38,666 bases of DNA from a virus (lineage: Duplodnaviria > Heunggongvirae > Uroviricota > Caudoviricetes), in the IMG/VR virus record IMGVR_UViG_3300045988_147970; one strand, written 5' to 3'. The stretch's first letter is position 1. Each line of letters opens with the position of its first letter. Shown here one piece after another: positions 33,582-38,666 of the stretch. The translations under genes and the position numbers were made by a program. The notes under the pieces were generated by a model. The model was not told where the DNA came from. It searched no databases and worked only from the letters and a program-made list of their open reading frames with translations.

Positions 33582-36366
33582 AACTTAATCTCCGTTGTTG
33601 GAACATATGAGCACTCAATTTCTTCTCAAAATCAGAATATCCCGCATCTAATGCTCTTTTAGCTGCCGCCTCAGTTTCCTTTGGTGAACCAGCCGGAAGA
33701 TTGATTACAGGTGAATAGGTTATTCCACCAGTCACAGCGTTAACGTTCTGGCGAGGTCCAGAAGTCCCAGCGGCAGATATCCCGTGAGGTGATAAATTTG
33801 ATTGCCCGAACTTGCTTGCTATTGCATTCTGTAAGCTGTTATTCCTGCTAACACCTGATGCCAGAGTAGTCATTATTGCACCACCTGACTTTGTTAGCTG
33901 TGAGAATGGACCTTTTTTCGCGTCAGAGAACGGTAAATACTCACGTACAGAAGAAAAAACGCCTTTCACTTCATTAATTAAAGCATTTGCTTTTGATTTT
34001 ATCCCAGTGATTAACGTCTCAATTATTTTTGCGCCTGACTCACTCCAGTTTATTCCAGATAAATAAGTCGTTACAGATTGGAATGCTCTTATAAAGAGTC
34101 CAACTGGTGAAAAACGCATAAAAACAGATACCAGTGTATCTATGATTTTCTTTCCTGTTTCGCTCCAGTTAATGCCAGAAAGGTAATTTGTTGTAATTTT
34201 AAATGCTTTAATTAAGAACGGAAGCGGAGACATCCATTTAAAAGCACTAATTAATGTACTGTAAATTCTTACTCCTGCCGAACTCCAGTTTATGTTGGAA
34301 AGATAATCCCATGCTTTACCAAACATAGATATAATCCATCCATTGAGGTCAAAGTTTAAGATAAAGTTTTTTATAGCCTCAAATGATTTAACTGTATATT
34401 CCTTAACAGAAGGCCAAACTCTGACAGCATAATCTCTGATCTTATCCCAATTCTGATAGAGCAATATTCCTGCGGCAACCAGCGCAGATATAGCCATCTG
34501 AATCCACCCGAAGGGTGTTAGCTTTGTCGCTACAGATAAAGCCAGCATAGCTACCCTACACGCTATAACCACACTTTTCATGGTTAGAAACGCACCTGCC
34601 GCCATCACTATCTGAGACACAAAATTGGGGTTGTTAGCTACAAATTCACTAATTTTTGTAATCAGCGGAACCAAAACACTAAGCGCGGCATTCAAAGCAG
34701 GTTGCAAGGCCTGACCAAAACTTAATGATGCATTGCTAGCCTGAATACGTAATTGTTTCAATCGCTCCGCATTATCTTTCGTTATGTTGGCAAAATCGCG
34801 GTCAATAACAGCACTTCCAGCTCCAAGAGATGTTGCTTTGATTCTCTGGTATTCCTTCCAGTTTTGAATCATCGGACGAACAAAGTTCTGAACCTGCATA
34901 TCGCCAAATAGTTCACCAAGTAACTTCTGATCTCCGTTCTTAGTCATTTTCATGACAGAATGCATTGCAGCTTCGAATGGATTCTTCCCTTTTTTCTGCG
35001 CTGTTGTAACAATTTTATATAAATCTACACCGAAATTTTTCTTTGCTTTTTTTAGTGTTTCAGGGGAAAGTATTTTTGCCAAAAAGTTGTTCATATTATT
35101 AGCAGCCTCATCCGAAGTTGCAGCCCCCTTGCGAGCTATCTGCAAAGCTGCACCCATCGTCGCGGCTGCTTCTTTACCTCCCATTTTTAATGCCTGGAAC
35201 TGAGCACCAAGCACAGGAAGATTTTTGGCCATATCTTTAAATTCAAAGTTCCCCTCTTTCCCTGCCTGAACCAGAATCCCCATTGCAGACTTCATTTGAG
35301 ATGGATCAATCTTCAATGAGTCACTTAATGTAAATGATGCTTTCGAGACATCGAGGATATCAGAGCCAGTAGCTGTAGCTGTTCGCCCAATAGTTAGTAG
35401 ATTCGCCTGAGCCTCTTTATAATCCTGCCCAGCAGCGACGAGAAAACCCTGAGCGGCCTGAATATCAGATGCAAACTGGTTGGTAGCCGTTCCGGTAACA
35501 AGCATCGCCTGCCCCATCGCCTGAACTTCTTCCGGCTTCATATCTGCCGTAAGACCAATCATTTTGTTTTCACGATTGAAATTTGCTGCATTGTTAGCAG
35601 CAGCAAATGCACCAGCCGCTACAGCACCAGTTTGTAATCCTGACCTTACAAGTTGACTCTTTGCCTCACCAAGATGCTCTCGCTTCAATTCACGCTGCCT
35701 TTCCAACGCGCGGTTTAACTCCTCCTGAGCACGTTTTACTGCAAGAACATTTTTCCGTGCTTCAGCCAACGCATTTTTATAGCTGTTAATTTTATCAATA
35801 CGTTGTTTTTCTAATGCCCGGTTAAGTTCCTCCTGCTGTTTTTTCACTTGCTGAACATTTGCTCTGGCTAAAGCCAAAGCCGTTCTGTAGCGGTTAACCT
35901 GCTCAACGCTACGGGCCTGAGCCTCACGATTACGATCAATGCTGGCTTTAAGCTCTTTCTCTCTTGAGGCCAAAGCTCTGGCAGATGTATCAGCTCCCTG
36001 ATAGGCAGACTTTAAAGCGGCCAGTTCTTCACGCTGAGAACGTAGTGATGCTCGTAAATTTGATGAATGTGTTTTTGCCTTCTCAAAGTCACGAAGCATC
36101 GCTCTGGTTGGATTGGCCGTGTTTTTTATTTGCTTCTGTAACTCTTCAACGCGAGCGGCAGCTTTATGATATTCGAGGGCAGTCTGTCCAACCTTTACTT
36201 TTACAGATTGTAGCTTTTGAATTTCCCCATGTTCTTTCGTTAACCCAGCAAGCTCTGCATTTAATTTAGCAACAGCCTGATTAGCTGTAGTAAAACTTTT
36301 GGGGAGAGAGGCGGCAACTTTGCCGCCAATTTCAAAAGCCAGCTTAAAGTTCTTATTGCTGGCCAT
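33574..36366 (-). CDS. tail tape measure protein
   Basis: 930 aa, extensive coiled-coil N-terminal half, downstream of the frameshifted chaperone pair. Confidence 0.85.
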   Translation of the reverse strand: MASNKNFKLAFEIGGKVAASLPKSFTTANQAVAKLNAELAGLTKEHGEIQKLQSVKVKVGQTALEYHKAAARVEELQKQIKNTANPTRAMLRDFEKAKTHSSNLRASLRSQREELAALKSAYQGADTSARALASREKELKASIDRNREAQARSVEQVNRYRTALALARANVQQVKKQQEELNRALEKQRIDKINSYKNALAEARKNVLAVKRAQEELNRALERQRELKREHLGEAKSQLVRSGLQTGAVAAGAFAAANNAANFNRENKMIGLTADMKPEEVQAMGQAMLVTGTATNQFASDIQAAQGFLVAAGQDYKEAQANLLTIGRTATATGSDILDVSKASFTLSDSLKIDPSQMKSAMGILVQAGKEGNFEFKDMAKNLPVLGAQFQALKMGGKEAAATMGAALQIARKGAATSDEAANNMNNFLAKILSPETLKKAKKNFGVDLYKIVTTAQKKGKNPFEAAMHSVMKMTKNGDQKLLGELFGDMQVQNFVRPMIQNWKEYQRIKATSLGAGSAVIDRDFANITKDNAERLKQLRIQASNASLSFGQALQPALNAALSVLVPLITKISEFVANNPNFVSQIVMAAGAFLTMKSVVIACRVAMLALSVATKLTPFGWIQMAISALVAAGILLYQNWDKIRDYAVRVWPSVKEYTVKSFEAIKNFILNFDLNGWIISMFGKAWDYLSNINWSSAGVRIYSTLISAFKWMSPLPFLIKAFKITTNYLSGINWSETGKKIIDTLVSVFMRFSPVGLFIRAFQSVTTYLSGINWSESGAKIIETLITGIKSKANALINEVKGVFSSVREYLPFSDAKKGPFSQLTKSGGAIMTTLASGVSRNNSLQNAIASKFGQSNLSPHGISAAGTSGPRQNVNAVTGGITYSPVINLPAGSPKETEAAAKRALDAGYSDFEKKLSAHMFQQRRLSFG

Positions 36367-36371
36367 TAGTA

Positions 36372-36554
36372 TTAATCCTCATTAAACACGTCAATCCATG
36401 CGACGATTCGCCTCAACCGAAGAGAAAGCCAGTAGGATATAGGTGTTGATTGAGATGATTGAGATAGAGAACTCGCGGCCCTCATTATTTGCTTATCAAT
36501 AGGTTTTTGCTCATCAAAACCTACGAGAGCAAAAAATTCTGTACCTTTTGACAA
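36372..36554 (-). CDS. tail assembly chaperone frameshift extension (E-prime-like), -1 frame relative to 36521..36802
   Basis: Overlaps the 3-prime end of the upstream chaperone ORF in the -1 frame; slippery heptamer T_TTT_TTG lies in the overlap. Confidence 0.55.
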   Translation of the reverse strand: MSKGTEFFALVGFDEQKPIDKQIMRAASSLSQSSQSTPISYWLSLRLRRIVAWIDVFNED

Positions 36555-36802
36555 ACTTTAACAAAGTCTTTCGCTGGTAATCCATTCAGATACTCTATTG
36601 GACGACCAATACAGCGAGCAGCCAAGGCTGCATGGACTTTATTATCAAGTGATGTTTGAACTGAAACATGCCCTTGAGATTGCAGTAAGTCCGATACCTC
36701 TAAAATATCACTGCCTTTTAGGTTGTCTAAATCAAGGTTGAGTTCAGTCACCGGCTCAAAGTCTTCAAAACGATATTCTTTACTTAATTTAACGGTTTCC
36801 AT
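36521..36802 (-). CDS. tail assembly chaperone (P2 gpE-like)
   Basis: 93 aa between tube and tape measure genes; ends ...QNFLLS with the slippery site in its last codons. Confidence 0.6.
   Translation of the reverse strand: METVKLSKEYRFEDFEPVTELNLDLDNLKGSDILEVSDLLQSQGHVSVQTSLDNKVHAALAARCIGRPIEYLNGLPAKDFVKVCQKVQNFLLS
36530..36536 (-). other. candidate -1 programmed frameshift slippery heptamer T_TTT_TTG
   Basis: mRNA reads CAG AAT TTT TTG CTC; the -1 frame continues as FFALVGFDEQ..., the 36372..36554 ORF. Confidence 0.5.
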
Positions 36803-36811
36803 TTTGTCACC

Positions 36812-37333
36812 TTATAAACCTAAATCATCACGAACGCTTTTTAATATATCTTCACCATCAAAGATACAAATAAAGTTCAACTTATCAATTTCCAGGACTT
36901 CTTTTCCATCAATAAATAATTTGATATAGAGAACTTCAAATTCATTCTCTGAATCAGTAGCCTTTGCCACCTGTAGCGAACCTAAATCCAGTTTTTTAGG
37001 GTTTAGCTTCATTGAAGCCCGAATAGGAACCGTTTTATATTTTCCTGTTCCTGCATCATAAACCTGCTGGCTACCGCGAAAATCTACCTGATGCGATGAG
37101 GATAGAAATAATTTTGTACCAGCAGAGGTCAGAGTTCGCCATTTAAGAGAGACAGTCATTGGTTTGAAATGCCCCAGCGTTCCGCTCTCAAGCTCTCCAG
37201 CGATACCTGCACCACTAACAGTTTCTGTCATCATCTCAATTGATGGCAGCTTTGCGTCAGCAACACCGATAATACGGTTTCCTTCACCGTATACTGTAAA
37301 GTTAATAAGTCTCTCAGGAATTTGATTGCTCAA
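36812..37333 (-). CDS. tail tube protein (P2 FII-like)
   Basis: C-terminus IDGKEVLEIDKLNFICIFDGEDILKSVRDDLGL aligns with P2 FII MDGKELVEIDTINMIEKVNGVDRLEQHRRNIGL; 173 aa. Confidence 0.85.
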   Translation of the reverse strand: MSNQIPERLINFTVYGEGNRIIGVADAKLPSIEMMTETVSGAGIAGELESGTLGHFKPMTVSLKWRTLTSAGTKLFLSSSHQVDFRGSQQVYDAGTGKYKTVPIRASMKLNPKKLDLGSLQVAKATDSENEFEVLYIKLFIDGKEVLEIDKLNFICIFDGEDILKSVRDDLGL

Positions 37334-37349
37334 AGCAACCTCCTATTAT

Positions 37350-38666
37350 TTATTCAGAAAACAAGTTCAGCAGATAATCAGGATTATATTCCATGACGAA
37401 CTCTATATCTCTGGCAGGTGAGAATGGTGTCATTTTTACATGGAATTTAACAATCCCGTCCATCAATGACGTAATCGTGTTTTCAGACTGATCAAAGGTA
37501 ACAACACCACCTGCAATATCCTGATTACCAGTGAGGCCGTTAAGCCAAATATTCGCACTAGTAACAATCGATTCAATTAATCGACGGTTTGCAGGATTGT
37601 CTATTTTTGACCAATGCGAAAGAATTAACGTATTACCCACCCAGTTAAACATACGTCGGCAAACACGAAATGCGTCTTTGGGGTCTGTAGATGTTGGATA
37701 AATAGCATTACGGTTTCCCCATGATTTCCAACCATCAAAATTAAGGCTTGTTACAATCCCCTGTCCATTTAAGTAGTTTGCCTGGCTAATGTTAAGCCAT
37801 ACCTCACTGCCATCTTTACGTACAGCACCGTCCATCTGTAGTTTTATATTTGACGGAGAACGTGATGGAATATCATCATACTGACTATCCAGCAAGCATG
37901 TTGCTGCAGCTAAATGGGTTGAGTGATGGTAAATATTGTCACCAAGTTTCACCATCGGCCAGCACACTGTCTGGTTAGCTGCCATATGATTATTGTTCTG
38001 CTTCCATTCAGGAACAGCAGAATAATCACTGATAGTAGATTTATCAGTCGGCGCATCGGTGATAGCTTCTGCTTTGAACAATTCACTAATCAGCGCAGCT
38101 TTAGCCGCCATTAGCTGGCCAACTTCACTATCAGAACTAAATCCAGGCGCAATCACTTGTCCAGGAACCAACTTGAAGCGGGGATACACATCAGACAGTA
38201 ACTCAAGCCCTGTATTGGCTTTAGTGTTGGAATCCACACCACCGATAATGTCATTTTTAGTTACGGCACCGGGATCAAGATGCGTATAACTAACCTTAAG
38301 AGTAGCGTCTTTTTCGGTAATTTTTCCTCCGCTAATAGCGGTAATGACCGTATAGCCATTATCATCCAGCGCCAGCACATAATCGGTGTCAACCGTTAAT
38401 CCTGCCGAATCACCATCTGCTTTTTTCACAACAACAGATTTATATAAGACACCATCGTTAGAGAGCGTACCTTTCCCGCCAGAAAGTTTTACTACCTCAT
38501 CAGGTACGTCTTTCTTATGCTTTGCTGGATCAAGCACATTAATAAATACAACTGGCGCAACACCATATATTCCAAATGCGACTTTAATTACTTCGCTTAA
38601 AGTATATTTCTCGAAGTTTGTGCTATATCCTATTTTAGATACGGCCTCTGCGTATGTATAAGCAAT
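37350..38666 (-). CDS. tail sheath protein, 3-prime major portion (reading frame open to the window end)
   Basis: Track ORF 37350..38537 plus 43 in-frame codons to 38666; the first 18 of these are the 54-bp repeat also at 31..84, linking to the N-terminal fragment at 4..231; immediately upstream of the tube gene. Confidence 0.8.
   Translation of the reverse strand: MAYTYAEAVSKIGYSTNFEKYTLSEVIKVAFGIYGVAPVVFINVLDPAKHKKDVPDEVVKLSGGKGTLSNDGVLYKSVVVKKADGDSAGLTVDTDYVLALDDNGYTVITAISGGKITEKDATLKVSYTHLDPGAVTKNDIIGGVDSNTKANTGLELLSDVYPRFKLVPGQVIAPGFSSDSEVGQLMAAKAALISELFKAEAITDAPTDKSTISDYSAVPEWKQNNNHMAANQTVCWPMVKLGDNIYHHSTHLAAATCLLDSQYDDIPSRSPSNIKLQMDGAVRKDGSEVWLNISQANYLNGQGIVTSLNFDGWKSWGNRNAIYPTSTDPKDAFRVCRRMFNWVGNTLILSHWSKIDNPANRRLIESIVTSANIWLNGLTGNQDIAGGVVTFDQSENTITSLMDGIVKFHVKMTPFSPARDIEFVMEYNPDYLLNLFSE
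38613..38666. repeat. 54-bp exact direct repeat, copy 2 (ends exactly at the window end)
   Basis: See copy 1 at 31..84. Confidence 0.85.

Noticed and set aside
1-38666. Integrase, excisionase and att core sequences expected for an integrated prophage
   Set aside because: No ORF has tyrosine or serine recombinase features and the tRNA is internal and complete; the only end-to-end repeat lies inside the sheath gene and fits circular permutation, not att sites.
1-38666. CRISPR arrays, insertion sequences or transposase genes
   Set aside because: No regularly spaced short direct repeats, no terminal inverted repeats flanking a transposase-like ORF and no DDE or HUH motifs were seen.

Overview
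The window reads as one near-complete mobile element of about 38.6 kb, with all but one predicted gene on the minus strand. It combines a lambda-like head and packaging module (small and large terminase, gpW-like connector, portal, prohead protease, decoration protein, E-like major capsid), a P2-like contractile tail and baseplate module (sheath, tube, frameshifted chaperone, tape measure, gpX/D/V/W/J/I-like proteins, tail fiber and assembly chaperone), a lambdoid lysis cassette, an embedded tRNA with anticodon CAU, two DNA-modification loci, a toxin-antitoxin pair and an IncFII-type RepA replicon with an antisense-RNA-like control region and a DnaA box. No integrase, att site, CI-like repressor or partition ATPase was recognised, so the best reading is a candidate phage-plasmid rather than an integrated prophage. 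A 54-bp exact repeat at both window ends splits the sheath gene and implies a circularly permuted representation of a circular replicon. All calls rest on the supplied ORF track, remembered family motifs and manual inspection; no database search was run, and some non-coding coordinates are approximate to a few bases.
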